Source: a bacterium (GTDB lineage: Bacteria > SZUA-182 > SZUA-191 > JAJRXT01). Taken from it: 64,000 nucleotides of DNA. The DNA lies in contig JAJRXT010000100.1 of NCBI GenBank assembly GCA_024276125.1, forward strand, positions 45,329 through 109,328, given 5' to 3'. Within the stretch, counting starts at the first letter, position 1. Every line of letters starts with the position of its first letter. The translations under genes and the position numbers were made by a program. Shown here piece by piece: positions 45,319 through 54,089 of the stretch. Under the pieces are notes generated by a model that made no database searches, was not told where the DNA came from, and saw only the letters and a program-made list of their open reading frames with translations.

Positions 45319-45689
45319 AAGACCCCCGTGTTTATCTGGCGCATATCTTGGAACGCATTGAGCGTATTCAAAGCTACACGAGAAAAGGACAGGAAGCATT
45401 TCTGTCCGATCCTTTGATTCAAGATGCGGTTATGCGTAATCTGGAGATCATTGGCGAGGCCGCCCGGCAGGTTAGTAAGGAATATCGCCAAACCTACCCT
45501 GAGATTCCCTGGCGGGGCATGATGGCTCTGCGTAATGTGCTTATCCATAATTATGAAGGGGTGGATATAAGTAAGGTCTGGTTAGTGGTAGAAAAAGAAC
45601 TTCCTCCTCTAAGAGCTGTTTTGGAAAAGGTCTTGCCCCCTTTATCACAACTGGAGTCCGAATTGGCAAAAGAAAAGGGGGAAGAGTGA
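45315..45689 (+). CDS. hepT: HepT-type HEPN toxin (DUF86)
   Basis: Start MKDPRVYL at 45315. R-x4-H motif (LRNVLIHNY). Confidence 0.8.
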   Translation: MKDPRVYLAHILERIERIQSYTRKGQEAFLSDPLIQDAVMRNLEIIGEAARQVSKEYRQTYPEIPWRGMMALRNVLIHNYEGVDISKVWLVVEKELPPLRAVLEKVLPPLSQLESELAKEKGEE

Positions 45690-45734
45690 ACCCTTTCATT
45701 TGATTGTAGCCTATAAATAACTTTCAGTTTCCGT

Positions 45735-45757
45735 GTTTCGGGAATCCTTCCCGAAAC
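45735..45757. repeat. Family-B-like hairpin
   Basis: GTTTCGGGAATCCTTCCCGAAAC. Confidence 0.75.
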
Positions 45758-45781
45758 TAATCCCCCAAAAAAAACTTTTTC

Positions 45782-45811
45782 TTGACAAGTTAGGGCTGCA
45801 ATAGTTATATT
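45782..45811 (+). promoter_or_regulatory. putative sigma70-type promoter about 325 nt upstream of pyrE
   Basis: TTGACA (45782-45787), 17-18 nt spacer, TTATAT/TATATT. Consensus match only. Confidence 0.3.
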
Positions 45812-46134
45812 AGATGAATCATATAGAATATTTTACACTCAACTGTTTCTGCAGTTCAGCATGTATCGTGTGTGACACAAGGCATTTTATTGAAGACGGC
45901 GTGTTTGGCAGAGACACTTACAAAATTTTTGTGCAGCCGGTTTATTGTTTAAAAAAAATGCTTGTTGTCATTAAAAAAATAATGTTTCATTGTTTTGTAA
46001 AAGTTCCAAACAAGCCAACAACTACACAATATACAGTAGCTCAACAACTACCAAGACCATACAATCTGTATGCGTTTTAGGTCTGCCAGAATTTTTCCTA
46101 TCTTTTAATTTTATATATTTTCGATACTCCACAT

Positions 46135-46734
46135 ATGACTATATTAAAAATGAACATTAATGACATAAAAAAAGAAATAATCGATATTATTGCTTCAAAG
46201 TCACTGCAAGTGGCAGATGAGGCGATTTTTAAGTTGGCCTCTCATAGAAAAAGCAATATTTATATAGATTGTAAAAAAATCACGTGTAATGCTAAAGGAA
46301 AATTTCTAATTGGAAATATAATTTTTGATAAAATCTCTGATTTAAATGTGAATGCTATCGGGGGACTCACTCTTGGGGCAGACCCTATAGCAAATGCAGT
46401 ATCCTATGCCAGCGTGATTAAGAAACAACCGCTAAATACCTTTATCGTAAGAAAAACACCTAAAGGTCATGGGCTAAAAAAAATTATAGAAGGTGATATT
46501 ACGAAAAATGATAGGGTTATTGTTGTAGACGATGTTGTTACAACAGGAGCTTCCACAGTGGAAGCAATTAGAAAGGCAAAAGATTTTGGACTTAAAATTA
46601 TAAAGGTCATTGTGCTTGTGGATAGACAAGAGGGAGGTAAAGAAAAAATTCTAACCGAAGGATATGATTTTGAAGCTATAATAACAAAACAGGAACTATT
46701 AGATGCCTACTACAAAAAGAATAAAAGAAAATAA
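46135..46734 (+). CDS. pyrE: orotate phosphoribosyltransferase
   Basis: 199 aa. VIVVDDVVTTGAST PRPP-binding motif. Confidence 0.8.
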   Translation: MTILKMNINDIKKEIIDIIASKSLQVADEAIFKLASHRKSNIYIDCKKITCNAKGKFLIGNIIFDKISDLNVNAIGGLTLGADPIANAVSYASVIKKQPLNTFIVRKTPKGHGLKKIIEGDITKNDRVIVVDDVVTTGASTVEAIRKAKDFGLKIIKVIVLVDRQEGGKEKILTEGYDFEAIITKQELLDAYYKKNKRK

Positions 46735-46952
46735 TAACGGAAGGTCTTTGCCGAGACAATCTCTTGTTGCTGATAGAACATTGTAAAAACTGTCTTGATG
46801 AATCACCGGTTTTGTATTTTGTTTTTATTTCCATATTTGAATTCTTGGAAGAAGAATATGAAAAGATAAATCTTTCCCTGTATTATCTCTGGAGGCAAAT
46901 CCCTCCAGTTGTGGGTTTAACTAGTCAATGGCGCGCCATAACCCACTTATTT

Positions 46953-47450
46953 TTACTGCTCTAAAACCGCTTTTATAACCGACTCATCTTTTATTAAGGT
47001 TGTGGTAAGTACAGCGCCTTTAAATGGTTTTAATTCCTCTATTATCTTCTTGGGATCAGCATGCAGCGCCAGTACAAATAAAGCGGAATAACCGGGACTT
47101 AGTATTGAGGCCAAATTATGAATAAAGTCGTTGCTAATACCGATTTCATTTAGTATTCTATAATCTACATTCTCGCCGCCTTCATCTACTACCAGTTCAA
47201 AAATAGGGGTAAGAAAAAGCGAACCAGTTACAATTTTTAAAATACTCTCCATCGCTCCACCGGCAACACCGGATGTTGAAAAGTGATGAATCACCCGAAA
47301 CTTGATATCACCATTCTGATTCCGCCTGGCCACTATAGCGTCTTCTAAGTCTACCAAATGGTCATGACGCATTTTCAATAAGGTTGTGTGAACCTCGTCA
47401 GCTTCGTACTCATCGCCAAAGCAAAAAACTAATAATTCATTTATAACCAA
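46953..47450 (-). CDS. DUF1269-like protein
   Basis: 165 aa. The N-terminal LVFCFGDEYEADEV...LEDAIVARRNQNGDIK pattern resembles DUF1269. Confidence 0.5.
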   Translation of the reverse strand: MVINELLVFCFGDEYEADEVHTTLLKMRHDHLVDLEDAIVARRNQNGDIKFRVIHHFSTSGVAGGAMESILKIVTGSLFLTPIFELVVDEGGENVDYRILNEIGISNDFIHNLASILSPGYSALFVLALHADPKKIIEELKPFKGAVLTTTLIKDESVIKAVLEQ

Positions 47451-47689
47451 ACTCCTTTAATTAACCCGCATATTTCATGAGATTTGGCTAATCTTTGCTG
47501 AAATAGCTTACAAAACAAGGTAATAGGCCAACGTCCTGTAGATACAATTTGTATTTTTAAGCTTTTTGATTGAACGCGTAAAATGTCTATCATTTCCCCT
47601 ATTTCGGGAATCCTTTGCAAAACATATCCTGTTTTTTTGGGAAAATTAGTTTCAGTACATAGTCTCAAAACACCTAAACTGTTTGACAT
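47441..47689 (-). CDS. hypothetical protein
   Basis: 82-aa ORF overlapping the downstream gene start by 10 nt. No recognisable motif. Confidence 0.3.
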   Translation of the reverse strand: MSNSLGVLRLCTETNFPKKTGYVLQRIPEIGEMIDILRVQSKSLKIQIVSTGRWPITLFCKLFQQRLAKSHEICGLIKGVWL

Positions 47690-47723
47690 GTTTTTGGTTA
47701 ATACATTATTTGTAGTATACCTC

Positions 47724-47752
47724 TTGACAAAAGGCTCGCCTTAAATTAAAAT
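47724..47752 (+). promoter_or_regulatory. putative sigma70-type promoter upstream of the repeat-rich leader and tRNA
   Basis: TTGACA (47724-47729), 17-nt spacer, TAAAAT (47747-47752). Confidence 0.3.
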
Positions 47753-47826
47753 GCGTTTAGTTGTTTGAACATAGACATGTTTTGATGTTTCGGTTTGTCT
47801 CAAGCCAACTGTTAAGGGCTTAAGAA

Positions 47827-47917
47827 AAAATAAGTTGTGCATTTTAGCGCTAAGATTTGGATTAGATTCAAAACGATCTGATTAAAGCAAAATTTGAGGA
47901 CTAGTTGCGCTAATTCG
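47827..47917. repeat. Family-F ~90-bp repeat, copy 1
   Basis: AAAATAAGTTGTGCATTTTAGCGCTAAGATTTGG...AGCAAAATT... matches 56063-56149. The terminal 18 bp are inverted relative to copy 2. Confidence 0.8.
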
Positions 47918-48006
47918 ATGCTTTTGAAGATCTACTCGTGGCGCCGGATTCTCAAATCCGGCAGCTTAACAGGTGTCAAATTTGAGAATCCTTACGGCGC
48001 GTAACT

Positions 48007-48062
48007 GTAGATGCAGACCGGAAGACCGGCGAGAGAGAGCGGGTTTAAAAACCCGCGGCTAC
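48007..48062. repeat. Family-C GTAG-headed doublet
   Basis: GTAGATGCAGACCGGAAGACCGGCG...GCGGGTTTAAAAACCCGCGGCTAC. Confidence 0.7.
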
Positions 48063-48110
48063 ACTACACAAAAAAATTAGATTAATTCTGAGAATTGTTT
48101 GGGTTAAATC

Positions 48111-48187
48111 GGCGGTGTAGCTCAGGTGGTTAGAGCATGCGGCTCATATCCGCAGTGTCCGGGGTTCGAGTCCCTGCACCGCCACCA
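48111..48187 (+). tRNA. tRNA-Met (anticodon CAU), elongator-type; a lysidine-modified tRNA-Ile2 cannot be excluded
   Basis: Hand-folded cloverleaf: 7-bp acceptor stem GGCGGTG/CACCGCC, D stem GCTC/GAGC, anticodon stem TGCGG/CCGCA with loop CTCATAT, T stem CGGGG/CCCTG, TTCGAGT loop, encoded CCA. Confidence 0.9.
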
Positions 48188-48318
48188 CAATCTTAAAAGT
48201 TGATCTGTCAACATTTTCTCAAACTCATTAAATATGCGGGTTAAGCAACCGCATTATCCTTTATAATCCAACCGCCATCACACCCAATAAATATATCAAA
48301 AACAACAAGATGAACCTG

Positions 48319-48574
48319 ATGTTTCGGTTTGTCTCAAGCCTAAACATAAAAACCGTCACCCTACCACGAAAATAAACCGCATAACTTGTTGAAAAAAAGG
48401 GATTCCAGCCTTCGCAGGAATGGCCGATTAAAGACAATTTCTAGGTTATAAGCAATTAAAACACCGTCTCGAAGCAAAGGGTCTAGCTTACATAAGCCGA
48501 TGAGATTCTTCAGGCTTACCGTGTTTTTTGGGTGAAACGCCCCCAAAACATAACCTTTAGCCTTAAGAATGACA
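48319..48574. repeat. nested repeat cluster: degenerate B hairpin, type-3 hairpin element (48354-48425), type-2 arm, degenerate Family-A copy 26 carrying an internal B hairpin
   Basis: ...TTCCAGCCTTCGCAGGAATGGCC, GGTTATAAGCAATTAAAACAC, GAAGCAAAGGGTCT...AGATTCTTC...GCCTTAAGAATGACA. Confidence 0.7.
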
Positions 48575-48616
48575 TGCTATAGAAGTTAACAGTCTTGGTA
48601 AACGCCATCGTTGCGA

Positions 48617-48644
48617 TTGACTTTTATATTTTATATGCTATAAT
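48617..48644 (+). promoter_or_regulatory. putative sigma70-type promoter of the hdr cluster
   Basis: TTGACT (48617-48622), 16-nt spacer, TATAAT (48639-48644). About 210 nt upstream of hdrC. Confidence 0.4.
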
Positions 48645-48856
48645 AAAAAATGCTTTAAGGCAACCATATTTAAAGTTGCTTTATAGACCAAAACAACCGG
48701 CCTTATGAGCAGTATCCTGACTGGTCATTTTATTTAACAGGGGCTTTTGCATAATCCCCAAAACCCTATCTACGGGAATAAAACTCAAACCATTATATCT
48801 TAACTTTAAGAAAGCCAATATTATCTGAAGTTAACCCCCTAAAAAAATCAATAAAA

Positions 48857-49420
48857 ATGGACGATACCCTGAAACTAAACCGGCTGGACGGCAAGTTTGT
48901 CAAAGAGGTAGAGCGCCTGGCCGGACAAAAATTAAACGACTGCTATCAATGCGGCAAATGTACAGCCGGCTGTCCCATTGCAGCTTCGGTGGAATACCCC
49001 CCCCATAGGGTCATGCGTATGGCGCAATTGGGTTTAAAACAGCGCGTACTGTACTGTCCTACCATCTGGCTTTGCTTGTCCTGTGTCACCTGTACCGCCC
49101 GTTGTCCCAAAGGCGTAGACTTAACCAGCGTTATGAATGCACTGCGAGAGCTGGCCATAAAAGAAGGCATAAGCCATGCTCAACATTCAAAAATAAAATT
49201 ATTTGAAAAATTATTTCTGCATTCAATTAAAGCCCACGGGCGATTATACGAAATGGGTACATTAGCTCGTTTTAATTTACTTACCTTCCAACCCTTTCAA
49301 GATGCCCAGCTTTTATTACCCTTATTGCAAAAAGGCAAACTAAGCTTTACCCCGAAAAATATACATGGCAAAAAAGAGATTGAGTACATTTTCAAAAACT
49401 CCCACGTAAAGGAATCTTAA
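48857..49420 (+). CDS. hdrC: heterodisulfide reductase subunit C-like (2x[4Fe-4S])
   Basis: 187 aa. CYQCGKCTAGCP and CLSCVTCTARCP motifs. Confidence 0.8.
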   Translation: MDDTLKLNRLDGKFVKEVERLAGQKLNDCYQCGKCTAGCPIAASVEYPPHRVMRMAQLGLKQRVLYCPTIWLCLSCVTCTARCPKGVDLTSVMNALRELAIKEGISHAQHSKIKLFEKLFLHSIKAHGRLYEMGTLARFNLLTFQPFQDAQLLLPLLQKGKLSFTPKNIHGKKEIEYIFKNSHVKES

Positions 49421-50295
49421 TGGCTAAATTGGGATACTTCCCAGGTTGTTCGCTGGAGCGCAGCGCTCATGAATACGACCAATCGAGCCGTTTGGTGTGT
49501 AAACGTCTGGGATTAGAACTACAATAAATACGCGACTGGTCATGCTGCGGAGCGCATGCCGCCCACCATACCCAGCATTTATTGGCGGAAGGTTTGAGCG
49601 CGCGCAACCTGTACAAAGCTGCAACGCAAGGCTTAAAGGAAATAATAGCTCCCTGTCCCGCCTGCTATAACCGCTTGAAATCCACCCAAACCGCGGTCAC
49701 AGAAAATCCTGAGCATAAAAAAGAATTAGCGGATAAGTTTGAGCTGGAATGGGAGGGGCAAATAAAGGTTTTCTCCCTGCTTGAATATCTGGCAAAACTA
49801 CCCCCTGATGAGATTAAAAAGTGGGTCAGGATTGATCTATCCAAGCTTAAACTCGTAGCCTATTACGGCTGCCTGCTGGTGCGTCCGCCCAAGCTGGTAC
49901 AGTTTGATAATCCCGAAGACCCAACATCTATGGATGATTTATTAACCTTAGTCGGCGCCGATATGCTCCCTTGGGACTATAAAGTGCAGTGTTGCGGGGC
50001 GGCGCTTGCCATAAGCAACCCAAAAATTCAGCATAAATTAGGCGGCGATATTTTAGAACTTGCAGCCGCCGGCGGAGCGCAAGGAATTGCAGTCGGCTGT
50101 CCCTTATGTCACGTCAATTTGGACTTAAGGCAGAAACAGATTAATGACAGCAGAAAAACCAATTTTAATTTACCGATATTCTATTTTACTCAAATACTGG
50201 GACTGGCCTTCGGCTTTAAACCCCATTACTTGGAAATAGATAAACATATGGTGGATGCAATGCCATTATTAATTAAAACAGGTATAATAAAATGA
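49420..50295 (+). CDS. hdrB: heterodisulfide reductase subunit B-like (two CCG domains), interrupted by an in-frame TAA
   Basis: ATG overlaps the hdrC stop (TAATG). MAKLGYFPGCSLERSAHEYDQSSRLVCKRLGLELQ, TAA at 49525-49527, then IRDWSCCGAHAAHH... in the same frame. Second CCG motif is KVQCCGAALA. Confidence 0.8.
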
Positions 50296-53200
50296 GAATC
50301 GGCGTATTTATTTGTCATTGCGGTAATAATATTGCCGCTACTGTAGATGTGGAAAAGGTATCCACAGCATTACTGGAATTACCCGACGTGGTTTTTAGCG
50401 CCACCATTCAATACACCTGTTCTGATGCCGGTCAAAAGCTGATTCGCAAAGTTATTAAAGATAAAAAACTGACTCAAGCGGTAGTCGCATCCTGTTCCCC
50501 GTTAGTACATGAAAATACCTTCAGGCGTACAGTCGCCAAAGCCGGATTAAATCCCTATTCCTTTGAAATGGCTAACATCAGAGAGCACTGCTCCTGGATA
50601 CATGAAGATAAGCAGCTGGCTACAAGCAAAGCTTATGAAATAGTTAAAACGGCTATATATAAAGTAGCAAAAGATGAAAAACTATATGCTTCGCGCTCGC
50701 AGGTGAATAGGCGCGCTTTGATTATCGGCGGCGGTATAACCGGTATTCAGGCGGCTTTGGATATTGCGGACGGCGGCCGCGAGGTGATATTAGTGGAGCG
50801 AGAGCCCTCTATCGGCGGTAATATGGCCAAAATGGATAAAGTCTTCCCTACGCTTGATTGTTCGGCCTGTATATTGGCGCCTAAAATGGTGGAGGTACAC
50901 CAAAAAGAAAAAGTTAAACTCTATACCTATACAGAGGTAGAAAGCGTATCTGGATATATCGGTAATTTTAAAGTTAAATTAAGGCGTAAAGCCCGTTATG
51001 TGGATGAGGCGGCCTGTACTGGCTGCGGAGAATGCAGTAAGGTCTGCCCGGTTAACTTACCCGATGAATTTAATGAAGGATTAGGGCAGCGTAAGGCGGT
51101 CTATATTCCATTTCCGCAGGCAGTACCTAAAGTGGCTACTATAGATAAGCGGGGCAAAGCCCCCTGTCGGGCGGCCTGTCCTATCGGCTCACGCACACAA
51201 GGTTATATTTCGCTGATTGCCGAAGACAGATTTGATGAGGCGCTGCAAGTTATTGCCGAGGATAATCCGTTTCCGGCTATCTGCGGGCGTATCTGCCAGC
51301 ATCCCTGCGAGGATAATTGTAAGCGCAGCGATGTGGATGAGCCATTAGCAATAGCTGCGCTTAAACGGGCGGCAGTGGATTATGCGGAAAAGCCGTATAT
51401 CAAACCCAAACCGGAAACATTAAAAGAAGAAAAAATTGCCATAATCGGCGGCGGTCCTGCGGGGCTTACCGCAGCTGAGACACTGGCCGAACAAGGCTAC
51501 AGGATAACCCTGTTTGAAGCGCAACCTGTATTAGGCGGTATGATGCGGCTGGGGATTCCGGCTTACAGGCTGCCAAGGGAGATTTTAGATAAAGAGATAC
51601 AGGCGATTATTGATCTTGGAGTAGAGGTTAAAACCAATACCAAACTGGGTAAAAATATCACCATAGACGGCTTATTTAAAGATGGTTATAAAGCTGTTTT
51701 CTTAGGCATTGGGGCACAAAAAGGACGCAGTTTAGGCATTGACGGCGAGAGTTTAAAGGGCGTATATCCGGCCTTGGATTTCCTGCGGGAGATAAATTTA
51801 GGACATAAGGTAAAGCTGGGAGATAAAGTGGCTGTTATTGGCGGCGGTAATACGGCGATTGATACGGCAAGGACTGTCTGGCGTATGGGCGCGGAAAGCG
51901 TAACCATATTATATAGACGCACCAAGCAGGAGATGCCGGCGGTAGATGCCGAAATTGAAGAAGCTGAAAAAGAGGGAATTATAATAAAATATTTGGCTGC
52001 ACCTACTAAACTTATAGGAGATGATGCCGGAAAGCTTACCCATATAGAATGTATAAAAATGGAATTAGGCGCGCCTGATGCCAGCGGACGCAGGCGGCCG
52101 ATACCGATTGACGGTTCTGAATTTATAATTGCCGCCGATACAATCCTGCCGGCTATAGGGCAGTCAGTCGATGCGGACAGTTATGAAAATTCAGATATTA
52201 AAGTAAAACGCGGCCTATTGCAGGCAGATAAGATAACTTTGGCTACCAATATTCCGGGCGTATTTGCCGGCGGCGATGTAACATCCGGTCCTGCTACGGT
52301 AACAGATGCTATTTGGGCGGGAAAGGCTGCCGCAGTCTCTATAGACCGCTATATAAAGGGAGAAGATTTAACCGAAAACAGGGATACCGATAAACTTAAG
52401 GCGCTTAAAAAAGAAGATATCAAATTAGAAAACACCCTGCCGGTTTTGCAAAGACAGCCTATATCAACCATACCGCTTAAAGACCGCAATAAAAATTTTG
52501 CTGAAGTGGAACAGGGTTTATCACGCAAGGCGGCTATTGCTGAGGCCGGACGCTGTCTGTCATGCGCCGGCTGCGGGGAATGCCGCGCCTGCGAAAAAAT
52601 ATGCGAGGCTAACTGCATAGACCATAGGGCGGCAGATAAAATAATCGAAACAGACGCAGGCGGTATTGTGGTAGCTACCGGATTCGGATTGCTTGACTGG
52701 AAAAAACCCTATGGAGAATACGGTCATGGTAAATATAAGGACGTAATAACCGCTTTACAGTATGAAAGGCTGCTGTCCGCATCAGGCCCCAAGGGCGGGC
52801 ATGTGGTGCGGCCATCTGACGGCAAAGAACCCAAGACAATAGCCTTTATCTGCTGTGTAGGCTCCAGAGAGGGAGCAAAAGTAAGGCCGTACTGTTCGGC
52901 GGTTTGCTGTATGTATACGGCTAAACAGGCTATTTTAACTAAAGAGCATATCCCCGATGCTCAGGTATTTGCTTTTAATATGGATGTTCAGATCGGCGGA
53001 AAAAATTATGCTCAGTTTATTGATCGCGCTAAAGAGACTTACGGTATAAAATACGTGCGCGGGAGGGTATCTAAGATGTTTAACAGAAACGGGCGCGTAG
53101 TCCTTCGGGCGGCTGATACACTGCTTGGTATGCCGGTGGAATTAGAGGCCGATTTAGTTGTACTGGCCGTAGGGATTGATTCTGCCCCGGGCGCTCTGGA

Positions 53201-53666
53201 TTTAGCCAAAAGGCTGAATATATCTCATGATGTATATGGATTTTTTAATGAAAGCCACCCCAAACTAAGGCCGGTGGAATCAAGTACCATGGGAATTTAT
53301 CTGGCTGGCGCCTGTCAGGGACCCAAGGATATACCCACCAGCGTGGCTCAAGCCAGCAGCGTATCCAGTAAAGTATTGGGACTGCTTAGTAAGGATTATC
53401 TGGAAACCAGCCCTATGGTGGCGGAGGTGAATATCAGACGCTGTATCGGCTGTTTCCGCTGTCAGGAAGTATGTCCGTTTAATGCTATAGAAGAGCAGAT
53501 AATGCGCGACGGCAGCAAGCTGGCCAAGGTAAATCCGGCTACCTGCCAGGGGTGCGGCCTGTGTAATGCAACCTGCCTGCCTGCGGCTGTATCGCTTAAG
53601 GGCTTTACTGATGATCAGCTTCTGCGCGAGGTGGATGCTTTGTGTAATCTGGAGCTGTCGTTGTGA
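50292..53666 (+). CDS. hdrA: HdrA-like flavoprotein with an inserted GltD/NfnB-like NAD(P)H-FAD module (HdrL type)
   Basis: 1124 aa. HdrA N-terminus (FICHCGNNIA, GGGITGIQAA), central block CRAACP...FPAICGRICQHPCE...IIGGGPAGLTAAETLA...VIGGGNTAIDTAR typical of the glutamate synthase small subunit, then an HdrA C-terminus. Confidence 0.8.
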   Translation: MRIGVFICHCGNNIAATVDVEKVSTALLELPDVVFSATIQYTCSDAGQKLIRKVIKDKKLTQAVVASCSPLVHENTFRRTVAKAGLNPYSFEMANIREHCSWIHEDKQLATSKAYEIVKTAIYKVAKDEKLYASRSQVNRRALIIGGGITGIQAALDIADGGREVILVEREPSIGGNMAKMDKVFPTLDCSACILAPKMVEVHQKEKVKLYTYTEVESVSGYIGNFKVKLRRKARYVDEAACTGCGECSKVCPVNLPDEFNEGLGQRKAVYIPFPQAVPKVATIDKRGKAPCRAACPIGSRTQGYISLIAEDRFDEALQVIAEDNPFPAICGRICQHPCEDNCKRSDVDEPLAIAALKRAAVDYAEKPYIKPKPETLKEEKIAIIGGGPAGLTAAETLAEQGYRITLFEAQPVLGGMMRLGIPAYRLPREILDKEIQAIIDLGVEVKTNTKLGKNITIDGLFKDGYKAVFLGIGAQKGRSLGIDGESLKGVYPALDFLREINLGHKVKLGDKVAVIGGGNTAIDTARTVWRMGAESVTILYRRTKQEMPAVDAEIEEAEKEGIIIKYLAAPTKLIGDDAGKLTHIECIKMELGAPDASGRRRPIPIDGSEFIIAADTILPAIGQSVDADSYENSDIKVKRGLLQADKITLATNIPGVFAGGDVTSGPATVTDAIWAGKAAAVSIDRYIKGEDLTENRDTDKLKALKKEDIKLENTLPVLQRQPISTIPLKDRNKNFAEVEQGLSRKAAIAEAGRCLSCAGCGECRACEKICEANCIDHRAADKIIETDAGGIVVATGFGLLDWKKPYGEYGHGKYKDVITALQYERLLSASGPKGGHVVRPSDGKEPKTIAFICCVGSREGAKVRPYCSAVCCMYTAKQAILTKEHIPDAQVFAFNMDVQIGGKNYAQFIDRAKETYGIKYVRGRVSKMFNRNGRVVLRAADTLLGMPVELEADLVVLAVGIDSAPGALDLAKRLNISHDVYGFFNESHPKLRPVESSTMGIYLAGACQGPKDIPTSVAQASSVSSKVLGLLSKDYLETSPMVAEVNIRRCIGCFRCQEVCPFNAIEEQIMRDGSKLAKVNPATCQGCGLCNATCLPAAVSLKGFTDDQLLREVDALCNLELSL

Positions 53667-53677
53667 TATAATATGAT

Positions 53678-53703
53678 GTTTCGGCTTGAAGACAAGCCGA
53701 AAC
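53678..53703. repeat. Family-B hairpin, single
   Basis: GTTTCGGCTTGAAGACAAGCCGAAAC, 12 nt after the hdrA stop. Confidence 0.85.
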
Positions 53704-53720
53704 ATCAAACTTAAGGTAAC

Positions 53721-53804
53721 TGTCATTCTGAACGAAGCGAAGCGCAGTGAAGAATCTACATACATATGCAAGTAGATTCTTCGGCCTACGGCTTCAGAAT
53801 GACA
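53721..53804 (-). repeat. Family-A nested palindrome, copy 19
   Basis: Termini and inner stem intact. Confidence 0.9.
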
Positions 53805-53848
53805 GGCTAAGAAAAACCTTTTTAGTACAGGGTGTTCTTAAGTCAGGT

Positions 53849-53873
53849 GTTTCGGGATGAAACATCCCGAAAC
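53849..53873. repeat. Family-B hairpin, single
   Basis: GTTTCGGGATGAAACATCCCGAAAC. Confidence 0.85.
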
Positions 53874-53943
53874 ATAAATCTTAATAAATAACTCAAGTTG
53901 CTACCTATAGGTTTATTTTTAGAAATATTTGGTTTTACATGGC

Positions 53944-54028
53944 TGTCATTCTGAACGAAGCGGAGCGCAGTGAAGAATCTCCTCCTATATAGCGAGTAGA
54001 TTCTTCGGCCTTCGGCCTCAGAATGACA
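53944..54028 (-). repeat. Family-A nested palindrome, copy 20
   Basis: Flanked by inverted CAAGTTGCTACCTATAGG / CCATAGGTAGCAACTTGG modules. Confidence 0.9.
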
Positions 54029-54089
54029 AAAATGGATAACTTCACCATAGGTAGCAACTTGGGTTAAATAACCAGGGGCTGAGCTGAAA

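Noticed and set aside
45814-46080. 88-aa Cys-containing ORF between a promoter-like site and pyrE
   Set aside because: No RBS, a low-complexity AT-rich sequence and no recognisable motif. It may simply be a long pyrE leader. It is left unannotated, and a small regulatory peptide or RNA cannot be excluded.
48111-48187. Initiator tRNA-fMet
   Set aside because: Positions 1-72 are a G-C pair rather than the bacterial initiator mismatch. The anticodon stem has C29-G41 rather than three consecutive G-C pairs. It is therefore an elongator Met or possibly Ile2.
48361-48546. 61-aa ORF on the minus strand (the 65-aa ORF at 61289-61486 is the same kind)
   Set aside because: Both fall inside nested repeat clusters and have no independent coding signal.
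53280-53771. 163-aa ORF antisense to the hdrA 3' end
   Set aside because: It is antisense to a strongly supported gene and extends into repeats. The same reasoning applies to other long antisense ORFs (18506-19087, 34696-35244, 44934-45548, 63224-63730).
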